A DNA stretch of 64,000 nt from Promethearchaeota archaeon (GTDB taxonomy: Archaea > Asgardarchaeota > Lokiarchaeia > Sigyniarchaeales > SOKP01): the NCBI GenBank assembly GCA_019058245.1, contig JAHPZJ010000030.1, forward strand, positions 160,001-224,000. The letters are read 5' to 3'. The translations under genes were made by a program, and so were the position numbers. The notes under the pieces are model-generated. The model had not been told where the DNA came from, ran no database searches, and saw nothing but the letters and a program-made list of their open reading frames with translations. Shown piece after piece: positions 48,261 through 58,454 of the stretch. The number at the start of each line of letters is the position of its first letter. The stretch's first letter is position 1.

Positions 48261-49154
48261 TTGTTTGCTAGTGATTTATTAGAAATGCTATATGTAGGTT
48301 CTGCTGATGGTGCCATTACAGCATTAGTAGCCATTGGTTTTTCATTAGTTTATGGTGTTGGAGGTGTAACGAACCTAGCTCATGGGGCATATTTTATGCT
48401 AGCGGGATATATGTTATTATGGATTTTAACATGGGGTCCTATTTTTTCAGAACTTATATGGTTATCAGTGGTTATAGTATTAGTAATTATTGCATTTATA
48501 GGAGCTTTATCTTACCTTGTTCTTATAAAACCTTTACAAAATTCTCATATAAATATGATATTAATAACTTTTGCGTTTGCTTTTTTCTTAGAACTGATAG
48601 TAAAAGAGATCTCAGGTACTCAACCTGAACCTATAGATCAATACAAATTATCGGATATAATTGTTGTGATTGGAGGTGTTTCAATGGAGGTTCGAGTTCT
48701 TTTACAAATAATTATAGGTTTAATTACTGTTGCGATATTTGGATTATTTATTAATAAATCAAAACTTGGAAAATCTATTCGTGCTGTTTCTCAAGATAAG
48801 GAAGCTGCGACACTAATGGGTATAAATTCTGATAGAATTCTTTTATATACTTTCATAATCGCATCATTTTTAGCAGGATTTGCAGCTTATTTAGCGATCC
48901 CAGGTGCTAATTTAATGGGCCCTTCAATGGGATGGAATTATTTAACAAATTCGATGGCAGTAGTCATTCTTGGAGGATTGGGAAGTCTTACAGGAAGCGT
49001 GGTAGCGGCATTTATTCTTAATTATGCAATGAGTTTTACTCTTGTTTTTATACCTAAAGGTGAAATTTGGACGGCTATAGTACCTATGGTGGTTATTGTT
49101 GTAATGCTTTTAGTTAGACCCCGTGGAATATTTGGCAAAAAAGAGTTAAAATAA
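48261..49154 (+). CDS. livH: Liv-type ABC permease
   Basis: ALVAIGFSLVYGV..VTNLAHG, GKSIRAVSQDKEAA.LMGIN, ILGGLGS, RPRGIFG. Confidence 0.9.
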   Translation: MFASDLLEMLYVGSADGAITALVAIGFSLVYGVGGVTNLAHGAYFMLAGYMLLWILTWGPIFSELIWLSVVIVLVIIAFIGALSYLVLIKPLQNSHINMILITFAFAFFLELIVKEISGTQPEPIDQYKLSDIIVVIGGVSMEVRVLLQIIIGLITVAIFGLFINKSKLGKSIRAVSQDKEAATLMGINSDRILLYTFIIASFLAGFAAYLAIPGANLMGPSMGWNYLTNSMAVVILGGLGSLTGSVVAAFILNYAMSFTLVFIPKGEIWTAIVPMVVIVVMLLVRPRGIFGKKELK

Positions 49155-49187
49155 AATATTAATATCTTAAAAATAGGTGAAGTAAAA

Positions 49188-50228
49188 ATGGAAGTAAAAA
49201 TGATATCGAAAAAAAGTATAAAAAATAAAGTATCTGGAACACAGAATTATTTGACAACTTGGATTAAATCTTTTTCTGGTTCTTTAACTATATTTTGTCT
49301 GATAATACTCTCTTTTCTACCCTTTTTTTCTCAAGATCGGGCTTATGTTTCTTATTTTATACCTCAATTTACATTCTTTTTTATTTACGCGATATTTGCA
49401 GCAAGTTGGGATATAGCTACTGGACTTGCAGGACAAGCTAATTTTGGACAGTCTATTTTTTTTGGTTTGGCCGGATATATAGGCGGTGCCCTTATTATTG
49501 AAATGGGCGTTCCTTCTTGGATAGCAATAATAATCGCTGTAATAGGAGCAACATTTATAGGATTTCTTGTAGGAATTCCTGCATTAAAAATAAAGGGTCC
49601 ATATTTAATGTTAGTAACTTTAGTCCTCAGTTTTATAATACTGCGGGTTCTAGCAACAAGCCATTCAGGACCACCACTTTATGGGTATGAAGGAATATCA
49701 GGACTTCCAAAATTGAACCCTAACCCAATAATAGAATATTTCATATTGTTTATTTCCTTAATAGTTTGTTTTATAATTATGATGTCGATATCTAAATCAA
49801 AATTAGGAACTATCCTAAGATCAATTCGTGATGATGAAATAGGATCAGAGGCTTCAGGAATTAACACCATGAAATATAAACTTATTGCATTTATGCTATG
49901 TGCGTTATTCTCGGGACTTGCTGGGATTTATTTCGGTTTACATTATCAAACTGTAAATCCTGCTGGAAATTTAAGTATGACTATCTCTTTTCTCGCTATT
50001 ATCATGGCAGCTTTAGGGGGAATTGGAACAATCAGAGGATCGCTGGTAGGGGCATTTTTTTATGTTTTTCTTGAATTTGTTCTTGTCGAAATTGGATTAG
50101 ATATGGATGTTGTACATATAGTTTTTTCAATTATTTTATTACTAGTTATAAGATTTGCTAGTCGTGGTCTTTTAGCACCTCTTTTAGATCGTTTAAGAGA
50201 TCTATGGGATGTTTTGTTAGGAAGATAA
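49188..50228 (+). CDS. livM: Liv-type ABC permease
   Basis: GLAGQANFGQ, GPYL..VTL, SIRDDE.G.EASGIN, LGGIGT..G. Confidence 0.9.
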   Translation: MEVKMISKKSIKNKVSGTQNYLTTWIKSFSGSLTIFCLIILSFLPFFSQDRAYVSYFIPQFTFFFIYAIFAASWDIATGLAGQANFGQSIFFGLAGYIGGALIIEMGVPSWIAIIIAVIGATFIGFLVGIPALKIKGPYLMLVTLVLSFIILRVLATSHSGPPLYGYEGISGLPKLNPNPIIEYFILFISLIVCFIIMMSISKSKLGTILRSIRDDEIGSEASGINTMKYKLIAFMLCALFSGLAGIYFGLHYQTVNPAGNLSMTISFLAIIMAALGGIGTIRGSLVGAFFYVFLEFVLVEIGLDMDVVHIVFSIILLLVIRFASRGLLAPLLDRLRDLWDVLLGR

Positions 50229-50271
50229 AAAATTAAATATATTAAAATTTTAAAAAAAGGGAGTAAAACAA

Positions 50272-51012
50272 ATGGGGGTTCTCTTAGAGGTTAAAAATCT
50301 CACAAAAAAGTTCGGTGGATTAACAGCGGTTAATGATTTCAGTTTTGAAATAAACCGTGGAGAATTTATCGGATTGATCGGACCAAATGGAGCTGGAAAA
50401 ACAACTATATTCAACCTTATTAGCGGAATGGAGAAACCAACCTCAGGGTCAATTCATTTTGATGGTATTGATATTTCTGGTAAATTACCTTTTAGGATTG
50501 TGAATTTAGGAATTGCTAGAACATTTCAATTAGTTAGATCATTTAAATTTCTAAGTCTATTGGATAATGTTCAAGTCTCATGTCTTTCAAAAAGAGGTAA
50601 GGCTGCTTCAAAAACAATAGGCACAGAAGCATATGCAAGTTCAATTCTTCGTTCAGTTGGTCTTATAGATAAAGCTTCAGTTCCTCCTATAGTATTACCT
50701 CATGGTGATTTAAGGAAATTACAGATTGCTAAGGCGATTGGAAGTAATCCAGAATTACTTCTTCTTGATGAGCCATTTAGTGGTCTTTCTTATGAAGAAC
50801 AAGTAGGTATAACTGATTTGATTAAAAAATTACATAGCGAAGGTGTAACAATTTTTATGACTGGACACGTTTTACGAGAACTTATGGCATTAGTTCCGAG
50901 AGTTATTGCTATGCACCAAGGTAAATTTATTGCTGATGGTCCTCCAAGTGAGGTTGCAAATAATAAAATTGTACTCGAAGCATATTTAGGAAAAGGTGAA
51001 GGATTTGCTTGA
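50272..51012 (+). CDS. livG: Liv-type ABC ATP-binding protein
   Basis: FGGLTAV, GPNGAGKTT, GIARTFQ, LLLDEP, EAYLG. Confidence 0.92.
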   Translation: MGVLLEVKNLTKKFGGLTAVNDFSFEINRGEFIGLIGPNGAGKTTIFNLISGMEKPTSGSIHFDGIDISGKLPFRIVNLGIARTFQLVRSFKFLSLLDNVQVSCLSKRGKAASKTIGTEAYASSILRSVGLIDKASVPPIVLPHGDLRKLQIAKAIGSNPELLLLDEPFSGLSYEEQVGITDLIKKLHSEGVTIFMTGHVLRELMALVPRVIAMHQGKFIADGPPSEVANNKIVLEAYLGKGEGFA

Positions 51013-51709
51013 AATAAAAAGAATTTATCATTATTATGGGAGCGCAAAAGCGCTTGAAGAAGTAAATTTAAAAATTGACGAAAAGTCATTAGATGCTGTT
51101 ATTGGTCCAAACGGAGCTGGAAAATCTACTCTCCTTAGAGTTATATCTGGTTTGGAGGAACCTTACAGAGGAAAAATAGAATTCCAAAATGAAAGAATAG
51201 ATGGTTTAAAAGCATATACAATCGCACAAAAAGGAATTTCGCATTGCCCAGAACGACGTAGATTGTTTTATGATATGAATGTTGAAGATAATATTAAGAT
51301 GGGGGCATATCTATTAAAAGATAAGGTTAGATACAAAAAGATGAAAAATTTTATTTATGAATTATTTCCTCGGTTAAAGGAGAGAAGAAAACAAAGGGCT
51401 GGAACATTAAGTGGTGGTGAACAACAAATGTTAGCAATAGCACGGGCAATTATATCAAATCCAAAATTACTTCTATTGGATGAACCTTCACTAGGCTTGG
51501 CTCCAAAAATTAAGGAAAGTATTTTTGTAGCTATTAAAAAAATAAAAGAAGAAGGAACAACAACTTTATTAGTCGAGCAAGATGCTACTTTAGCTATGGA
51601 CGTTGCAGAGAATATTCATATCCTTGAAGAAGGAAAAATTGAAATGAGTGGCACAAAAGAAGAATTAATGAAAGAACCTCGAGTTAAAGAAGCATATTTA
51701 GGTATTTAG
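50996..51709 (+). CDS. livF: Liv-type ABC ATP-binding protein
   Basis: GPNGAGKST, AGTLSGGEQQMLAIARA, LDEPSLGLAP, LVEQ, EAYLG. Confidence 0.93.
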   Translation: MKDLLEIKRIYHYYGSAKALEEVNLKIDEKSLDAVIGPNGAGKSTLLRVISGLEEPYRGKIEFQNERIDGLKAYTIAQKGISHCPERRRLFYDMNVEDNIKMGAYLLKDKVRYKKMKNFIYELFPRLKERRKQRAGTLSGGEQQMLAIARAIISNPKLLLLDEPSLGLAPKIKESIFVAIKKIKEEGTTTLLVEQDATLAMDVAENIHILEEGKIEMSGTKEELMKEPRVKEAYLGI

Positions 51710-51720
51710 GTGATGAAAAA

Positions 51721-53154
51721 ATGTCTGAACCATCATTAGAAAATTTGTTAAGGGATGCCAGAGTTGATCTGGTATTATCTAGAATAGAGAGTAATCCATC
51801 TGTAATTAGTGAAGTTATTAAATATTTGGATAGTTCAATAAGATCTATAAAATTCAATTCAATTAACGTTTTAGGGCAAGTAGGAGACAAATCCAAAACC
51901 GCTGTTCCTAAGTTAATAAAACTTTTAGAGGATGAGGATTGGAGTATTTGTCGAGAAACTGTACGTTCTTTGGGAAATATTGGAGAGCTTGCAAAAGATG
52001 CAATACCCAATCTATCGAAATTGCTTAATAGTAAAGAAATATCTATTCGCAAAGAAGCCGCAATAAGTCTTGGTAAAATAGGAAATCCAACTAAAGATTC
52101 AATTTCAGGTTTAGTTAAGGCATGTAATGATGATAGTGAGGAAGTTCGAACTGAAGCAGCAAGAAGCATTGGAGAACTAGGGCCAGAAGCTCAAGGATCT
52201 ATACCACAATTAATGAAGTGTCTTAAAGATGCAGATTGGGCGGTTAGAACAGCTTCTGCTCAATCAATTAGTAAGATTGGAAAAGGATCTACAATAGCCA
52301 TTCCTCAACTGATTCAATCATTAGAAGACAAAGATTGGAGAGTACAATACAGAGTAATAAATACATTGGCGGATATTGGTCGAGAAGCTGTTCAAAGCCT
52401 TTTAGAAGTATTAAACCATAAGAAAAAAAATGTCAGAATTGGAGCAATTGATGCTTTAAGTGAAATGAAAATAAGTGATCCAGAAGTTATAAATAGGTTA
52501 GCTATTCTATTAAAAGATAAAAAAGAAGCTGTACGAGGAAAAGCCGCATATGCTCTTCGAAATATTGGAAAAGATAGCATTCCAGCCTTAGTTAAAGCAC
52601 TTGATACAGCTAATAAAAAAATGCAGATCGTAATTCTTACAGCAATAGGAGGAATTGGTAAGGATGCAGCAGAGGTAATCCCCACTATTATAAATTTTCT
52701 AAAGCATCCTGAACAAGATAATGAACTTCCACTCTCACAGTCGTTCTTTGGAAGAATAGGACAAGCATTTTCAACATTTTTTACTGATCCAACCTCAACA
52801 AAAAGTAAAATTCGTGTTGAAGCAGCAAGAACTCTCGGTAGAATTGGACCAGAATCGGAAAATGTTATAAAAGCCCTTGAAATAGCATTAAGAGATCCAA
52901 AGAAGAATGTTCGTCGGGAAGCCGCTCTTGCGTTAGGTAAATTTGGATCATTATCAAAAATGAGTATTCCATCTTTGATCAATGCATTAAATGATAGAAG
53001 TCCAGATGTAAGATGGAGAATTTCTGAAGCGTTGGGTAAGATAGGTGAAAAAACAACAGAAGTTGTTTCAATCCTAAATGAATTAATACATGATAAATGT
53101 GATTATGTATGTGAATCAGCTTATAATGCTCTTGATGAATTAACTGGTGAATAA
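51721..53154 (+). CDS. HEAT/PBS-lyase-like repeat protein
   Basis: Tandem ~31-33-aa repeats of the type IP.L...L.D....VR..AA.ALG.IG. Confidence 0.92.
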   Translation: MSEPSLENLLRDARVDLVLSRIESNPSVISEVIKYLDSSIRSIKFNSINVLGQVGDKSKTAVPKLIKLLEDEDWSICRETVRSLGNIGELAKDAIPNLSKLLNSKEISIRKEAAISLGKIGNPTKDSISGLVKACNDDSEEVRTEAARSIGELGPEAQGSIPQLMKCLKDADWAVRTASAQSISKIGKGSTIAIPQLIQSLEDKDWRVQYRVINTLADIGREAVQSLLEVLNHKKKNVRIGAIDALSEMKISDPEVINRLAILLKDKKEAVRGKAAYALRNIGKDSIPALVKALDTANKKMQIVILTAIGGIGKDAAEVIPTIINFLKHPEQDNELPLSQSFFGRIGQAFSTFFTDPTSTKSKIRVEAARTLGRIGPESENVIKALEIALRDPKKNVRREAALALGKFGSLSKMSIPSLINALNDRSPDVRWRISEALGKIGEKTTEVVSILNELIHDKCDYVCESAYNALDELTGE

Positions 53155-53428
53155 AGAAGATCTTAAGATAAAATTTTAACAATTTATTTAAAAACTTTTT
53201 AACAATTTAGAGAATTTAAAAAATAACTTATTGAATCTTAAATTCAATTTTTATTAACAAAAATCCAAAATTAATTGATTTTTTACAAAGAATATCGTCT
53301 TTATATTTTCTAACTATTTCTTAGTAAAATTGAATTAAAGATCAGCCATAACCTTATTATTGGATCGAAATTTTTATTAATATTATAAATGTAAATTTAA
53401 AAATTATACAATAGATGGTTTTAAGAAA

Positions 53429-55129
53429 ATGAGTGAAACTAATCCCTATGCAAGTAAACCTTGGTTAAAACATTATGATGAAGGAGTTCCAGCTAGTATT
53501 GATTATCCTGAAATTAATATTAGTAAATTTTTAGATGATTCAGCAAAGGAGTTTGGAAGTCGATCAGCTATTTGGTTTTTGAAAGAGAAAATCTCTTATA
53601 AAAAGTTAAAAGATTTCACTGATAGGCTTGCTACAGCATTAGTAGACTTAGGAGCTAAAAAAGGTGATGTTGTTGCTCTAATGATGCCAAATTTTCCTCA
53701 ATTTATAATAGGTTATTATGGTATTTTGAAAGCAGGAGGTATTGTTACTTCAGTAAATCCTCTATATACAGAACATGAATTAGCATACCAATTAAATGAT
53801 GCAGGAGCAGAAATAATAATTGTCTGGGATAACCAATTAGATAAAGTATTAAAAGTAAAAGAAAGAACTCGTCTCAGATATATAATCATTTCCAATGTCT
53901 TTGATTTTGCTCCAAACGCTAATCCTCTCGGTAAAAGAGAACCTCCTGAAATCGCTGGAACATTGCAACTATTAAATCTGATAAATAAAACCAAACCTAA
54001 ACCTCCTAAATTTGAAACAAATGCAAAAGAAGATCTAGTATGCCTTCAATATACCGCAGGTACTACAGGATTACCCAAGGGGGCAATGCTAACACATTAT
54101 AATATTACATCGAACGTTTATATGGCTGCAGAATGGGTTAAGAATGTACTAACAAGGGGGAAGGAAACTACTCTTACCAGTATGCCTTTAGTTCACATTT
54201 ATGCCCAAACAGTCTGTATGAATTTGGGTATATATCAAGGATCAACTCTCGCTTTACATCCTGATGCCAGAGATCAAAGAGCTTTATTTGAAATAGTAAA
54301 AGCAACTCATCCTACTGCTTTTCCTGGTGTACCGACGTTTTATATGCGATTATTAGAACGCGATGATCTTGAAGATTACGTTAAAGATCTTAAATCACTA
54401 AAAGTTTGCAATACTGGTGCTGCTCCAATGCCTCCAGAAGTTCTAAATGAATTTGAAGAAAGAACCGGAGCTGTTATTTTAGAAGGATATGGAATGACTG
54501 AAACTTCACCATCAACAATTTCCAATCCATTCGGAGGACAAAGAAAAATTGGTTCTGTTGGACTCCCATTTCCTGATACTGAAGTTAAGTTAGTTAATAT
54601 TGAAGATTATAACCAGATCGTACCTCAAGGGGAATCAGGTGAGATAATGATAAAAGGACCTCAAGTTTTTAAGGGTTATCTTAATAAACCCGAAGCCACC
54701 GCGAATCAATTAAAAGATGGATGGGTTCTTACAGGTGATATCGCAGTAATGGATGAAGATGGCTACTTTTTTATCGTAGATAGAAAGAAAGATATGATTA
54801 ATGTAAGTGGATTTAAAGTATTTCCAAGAGAAGTTGAAGATCTATTATTTGAACATGAAAAGATAGAAAAGTGTGCTGTTATTGGGGTTCCTGATACTCT
54901 AAAGCCTGGAAGTGAGAAAGTAAAAGCTTACATTGTATTAAAAGATGATTTTGCAGAATCACCAGAAATAGAAGCTGAAATAAAAGAATATTGTAGAAAA
55001 AATTTGTCTCCTTATAAAGTACCAAAATTTTTTGAATTTAGAAAAGAACTTCCAGAATCTTTTACAGGAAAAGTTCTTAGGAAAGATCTAAAAGAAATTG
55101 AGGCATCGAGAAGAGGAGAAGAAATCTAG
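53429..55129 (+). CDS. Long-chain-fatty-acid--CoA ligase
   Basis: YTAGTTGLPKG, EGYGMTET, TGD, DRKKDMI, GKVLRK. Confidence 0.93.
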   Translation: MSETNPYASKPWLKHYDEGVPASIDYPEINISKFLDDSAKEFGSRSAIWFLKEKISYKKLKDFTDRLATALVDLGAKKGDVVALMMPNFPQFIIGYYGILKAGGIVTSVNPLYTEHELAYQLNDAGAEIIIVWDNQLDKVLKVKERTRLRYIIISNVFDFAPNANPLGKREPPEIAGTLQLLNLINKTKPKPPKFETNAKEDLVCLQYTAGTTGLPKGAMLTHYNITSNVYMAAEWVKNVLTRGKETTLTSMPLVHIYAQTVCMNLGIYQGSTLALHPDARDQRALFEIVKATHPTAFPGVPTFYMRLLERDDLEDYVKDLKSLKVCNTGAAPMPPEVLNEFEERTGAVILEGYGMTETSPSTISNPFGGQRKIGSVGLPFPDTEVKLVNIEDYNQIVPQGESGEIMIKGPQVFKGYLNKPEATANQLKDGWVLTGDIAVMDEDGYFFIVDRKKDMINVSGFKVFPREVEDLLFEHEKIEKCAVIGVPDTLKPGSEKVKAYIVLKDDFAESPEIEAEIKEYCRKNLSPYKVPKFFEFRKELPESFTGKVLRKDLKEIEASRRGEEI

Positions 55130-55160
55130 AATAATTTTCAGCGTTTTTTAAAAATATTCT

Positions 55161-55319
55161 TTAAGTAAAATTTTTTTCTTTCCATTTTTTTATAAAATCT
55201 TTAAAGCTGTTTTCAGGGATACCAAGAGAATTTGCTATTTTATGATTTAATAACTTATTTGATTTAGATTTATCTCCAAAAGACTGTTGCCAATCATAAT
55301 AGCTTATTGCTTTAGACAT
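55161..55319 (-). CDS. Possible small ORF or gene remnant with an HTH-like C-terminus (52 aa)
   Basis: MSKAISYYDWQQSFGDKSKSNKLLNHKIANSLGIPENSFKDFIKKWKEKNFT*; no clear RBS. Confidence 0.3.
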   Translation of the reverse strand: MSKAISYYDWQQSFGDKSKSNKLLNHKIANSLGIPENSFKDFIKKWKEKNFT

Positions 55320-55713
55320 AATAATAATATTAAAATTTACTTAAATAAACCAAGATAGTGTATCAGTTTTCTAATAATCTATATGATAAATATAATCTAT
55401 CATATCATAATTACAAATTTGTATATTTAGGTTTAAGTCTTACAATCTATTAGTCGTGCCAAAAGGACAAAAAAATGAAATAAGCAAAGATATATAATAG
55501 AAAAAGTTCATATACTACGTATTAGAAATATATCCGACAAAAATTATCGATTTCTAATTTTCTATTATAGAATATATTTTTTTAGGTCGTCCTGCTTGTT
55601 CTCCTTTTATAATTTTTTCTTCTTTTTTTTTACAATATCCTAATCTTTATATCTTTGTGAATAATTAGTATAAGATAATTAAGAATAAGAGTAATATAAT
55701 TGGTTGAGAGAAA

Positions 55714-56589
55714 ATGATACCTAAGCTGGAATTTGGAAAAACTGGACATTTGAGTACACGAATTATTTTTGGAGCTGCTGCTCTTAGTAATGTTACTCAA
55801 GCTGAAGCGGATCAAACCTTCGAAGTCCTTCTTAAATATGGAATAAATCATATTGATACAGCTGCAGGTTACGGTGAATCAGAATTACGTATTGGCCCAT
55901 GGATGGAGAAACATCGTAATAAATTCTTCCTTGCTACAAAGGTATTTAGACGGTCGTATAAAGATGCCCTTAATCAGATAAATAGTTCACTTGAAAGATT
56001 GCGAGCAACTTCAATAGATCTAATTCAATTCCATAATTTAACGTCTAAAGACAGCTGGAAAAAAGTAATGGGGTCTGATGGGGCATTGAAAGCTGCTATT
56101 GAAGCCCGTGAACAAGGATTGGTTAAATATATCGGGGTAACTGGACATGGATATACGGTAGCTGCTATGCACCAGAGAAGTTTAGAACAATTTGAGTTTG
56201 ATTCAGTTCTTTTACCCTATAACTATGTTATGATGCAAAATTCAGAATATGCAGCAGATTTTGATAATCTCTTGGAAATATGTAAAGAGCGAAACGTAGC
56301 AGTACAAACAATAAAATCTTTAGCACGTGGTCCATGGGGGAAAAAGAAAAGGATACGATCTACCTGGTACGAACTATTTAAAGATCAAGCTGATATTGAC
56401 CGTGCTGTTCATTGGGTTTTAGGAAGAGAAGGTATTTTCCTGAACTCTAGCGCCGATATTCATATTTTGCCCAAAATACTTGATGCTGCTATACGTTTCA
56501 AGAAAGGTCCTCCAGAAGAAGAAATGCAAGGAAAAGTTATTCAGTTAGGAATGAAACCTATATTTGATGGGAGATCTTTAGTCTTGTAA
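55714..56589 (+). CDS. Aldo/keto reductase
   Basis: [28 protein letters not shown]....IDL.QFH, IGVTGH. Confidence 0.93.
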   Translation: MIPKLEFGKTGHLSTRIIFGAAALSNVTQAEADQTFEVLLKYGINHIDTAAGYGESELRIGPWMEKHRNKFFLATKVFRRSYKDALNQINSSLERLRATSIDLIQFHNLTSKDSWKKVMGSDGALKAAIEAREQGLVKYIGVTGHGYTVAAMHQRSLEQFEFDSVLLPYNYVMMQNSEYAADFDNLLEICKERNVAVQTIKSLARGPWGKKKRIRSTWYELFKDQADIDRAVHWVLGREGIFLNSSADIHILPKILDAAIRFKKGPPEEEMQGKVIQLGMKPIFDGRSLVL

Positions 56590-56648
56590 TTTTGAATTTT
56601 AACTAAAATTTTAAAAAAGAAACATTTATATTTTTTATCATTATTATA

Positions 56649-56678
56649 TCAGTCACTGGTAGTCCAGTAACTGGTAGT
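56649..56678. promoter_or_regulatory. Putative PadR operator: tandem 15-bp repeat, each unit with a CAGT-N-ACTG palindrome
   Basis: TCAGTCACTGGTAGT CCAGTAACTGGTAGT, 60-90 bp upstream of the PadR start. Confidence 0.65.
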
Positions 56679-56737
56679 TTTTATAATAAGTAAAATTTTT
56701 AGTCATAAATACAATTGTCTATGATTTTTAGTTAACT

Positions 56738-57319
56738 ATGGTTGAAAATTATCATAAGAATTTTGAAAAAGTAGTAAAAAAAAATTTCATTAATATCTTT
56801 ATCCTTAGTATTCTTGAGAAAGGTCCTTCTCATGGTTATAAAATCGGACGTGAAATAGAAAAGCGTACTCTAGGGATATGGGAACCAAGAGCATCAACGC
56901 TATATTGGATACTTAATAATCACAGGGAAAAAGGATTTATAAAACTCATTGAAGATGATAAAAATAGAAAAGTTTACAAGATTACTGATAAAGGTAGAGA
57001 AACTTTAAAATTAATGAAACAAACTCAGCGAAACATACGTAAAGCTTATCGTCATTTTTTAACATCTTCAATTATAAACGATGGTTCTATTGATATAGAA
57101 GAACTCGAGCACTTTAGTGAAGTTCCAAATATCCAGATGTTACCAATTGCATTAAAGGCAGATAAGTTTAATGGGAAATTAACTCTAAATGAAAGACTCC
57201 AGATTTTAGAAAAGATGAAAGCCTCAATTATAGAAAATCGAGATCGCTTGAATAAATATATTACTGATTTTGATAATACAATCTCACAAATTAAAAATGA
57301 ATTGGATAAAGAAAATTGA
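56738..57319 (+). CDS. PadR family transcriptional regulator
   Basis: ILSIL..GPSHGY.I, STLY..L, RKVYKITDKG; coiled-coil C-terminus. Confidence 0.92.
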   Translation: MVENYHKNFEKVVKKNFINIFILSILEKGPSHGYKIGREIEKRTLGIWEPRASTLYWILNNHREKGFIKLIEDDKNRKVYKITDKGRETLKLMKQTQRNIRKAYRHFLTSSIINDGSIDIEELEHFSEVPNIQMLPIALKADKFNGKLTLNERLQILEKMKASIIENRDRLNKYITDFDNTISQIKNELDKEN

Positions 57320-57369
57320 TATAAAACAATTAAGTAAAAAAAAATAAAAAATAGAGTTGAAATAATTAA

Positions 57370-58341
57370 ATGAGTGAAGATATAATTAAAAAAAAAATTA
57401 CTTTCCTTACTTTTCTTATATCATATAGATGTACAAATGAATGCAAGCATTATGCATTACAAGCTTCTCCAAAACAAGACAACATTTCAATAGAATTAGA
57501 AGATGTAAAAAGATACATGAAAGATATTACTTCTAATTATGATATAGGGGAAGTAGGTTTTTTTGGAGGAGAACCATTTCTATATTTTGACTTGTTGGTT
57601 AGTCTCGTTGAGGAAGCGAAAAAATATGATATTCCAAAGATTGGATTACCAACAAATGGATTTTGGGGAAAAAATAGTTCAATAGCCAAGGATTATGCCT
57701 TAAAATTAAAAGAAGCAGGTTTAAATCACATTGGCTTTAGTATTGATGCTTTTCATCAAGAATTTATTTCACTTGATGTCGTTAAGCGTGCGATAAAAGC
57801 AACTTATGATGCTGGAATTGAATGGATACATTTGATTGCTCATACTGTAGGATCTAAAAATGAGAAAAATTCTTTTAACGAACAAACAAAGAAAATTATT
57901 GATGTTCTTTCAAAAGAATTTGAGTCTTTAGAAACCATCACTACTGATCTACAAGTAAAAGGTAGAGCTGCTAGAGAACTTGAAAGAAACTACACAATGA
58001 CGACGAAACTCTTTGATAGATGTCTTTACTTTAAGACACCAATGTTTATGATAGATCCTTATGGATGGGTTTTTCATCAATCATGTCTGGGAATTTGTAT
58101 AGGGAATGCTAAGAAAAAATCTTTATCTGAAATAATAGAGAATTTTAACTACAGAAAACATCCAATAATAGGAAAGTTAGTTGCTAAGGGAGGGCCTCAA
58201 AATCTTCTTGAAATGGCAATAGAAAAAGGATATAAACCGCAGGATGGATACGCCGATAAATGTCACCTCTGTTTTAGTGCATTGAATTATCTCCGCCCTT
58301 ATTATCCTAATATCATCGAACCTTCTAATTTGTATTTCTAA
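57370..58341 (+). CDS. Radical SAM protein with an incomplete CxxxCxxC motif
   Basis: YRCTNECKHY, GGEPF, TNGFW, SIDAFH, GRA, C-terminal CHLC. Confidence 0.85.
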   Translation: MSEDIIKKKITFLTFLISYRCTNECKHYALQASPKQDNISIELEDVKRYMKDITSNYDIGEVGFFGGEPFLYFDLLVSLVEEAKKYDIPKIGLPTNGFWGKNSSIAKDYALKLKEAGLNHIGFSIDAFHQEFISLDVVKRAIKATYDAGIEWIHLIAHTVGSKNEKNSFNEQTKKIIDVLSKEFESLETITTDLQVKGRAARELERNYTMTTKLFDRCLYFKTPMFMIDPYGWVFHQSCLGICIGNAKKKSLSEIIENFNYRKHPIIGKLVAKGGPQNLLEMAIEKGYKPQDGYADKCHLCFSALNYLRPYYPNIIEPSNLYF

Positions 58342-58454
58342 GTATTTTCAAAACCAAGCCATTTTGGGAAAATTAATCATTTTTCTTTTTTTTTAATTCC
58401 GAACTTGAAATATTGGTTAAACTTATTTTGTCTTATTTAATTTAAAATCATAGT

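Noticed and set aside
51684-52982. Long antisense ORFs (161 and 196 aa) opposite the HEAT-repeat gene
   Set aside because: Shadow ORFs fully antisense to a well-supported repetitive gene, with no motifs of their own
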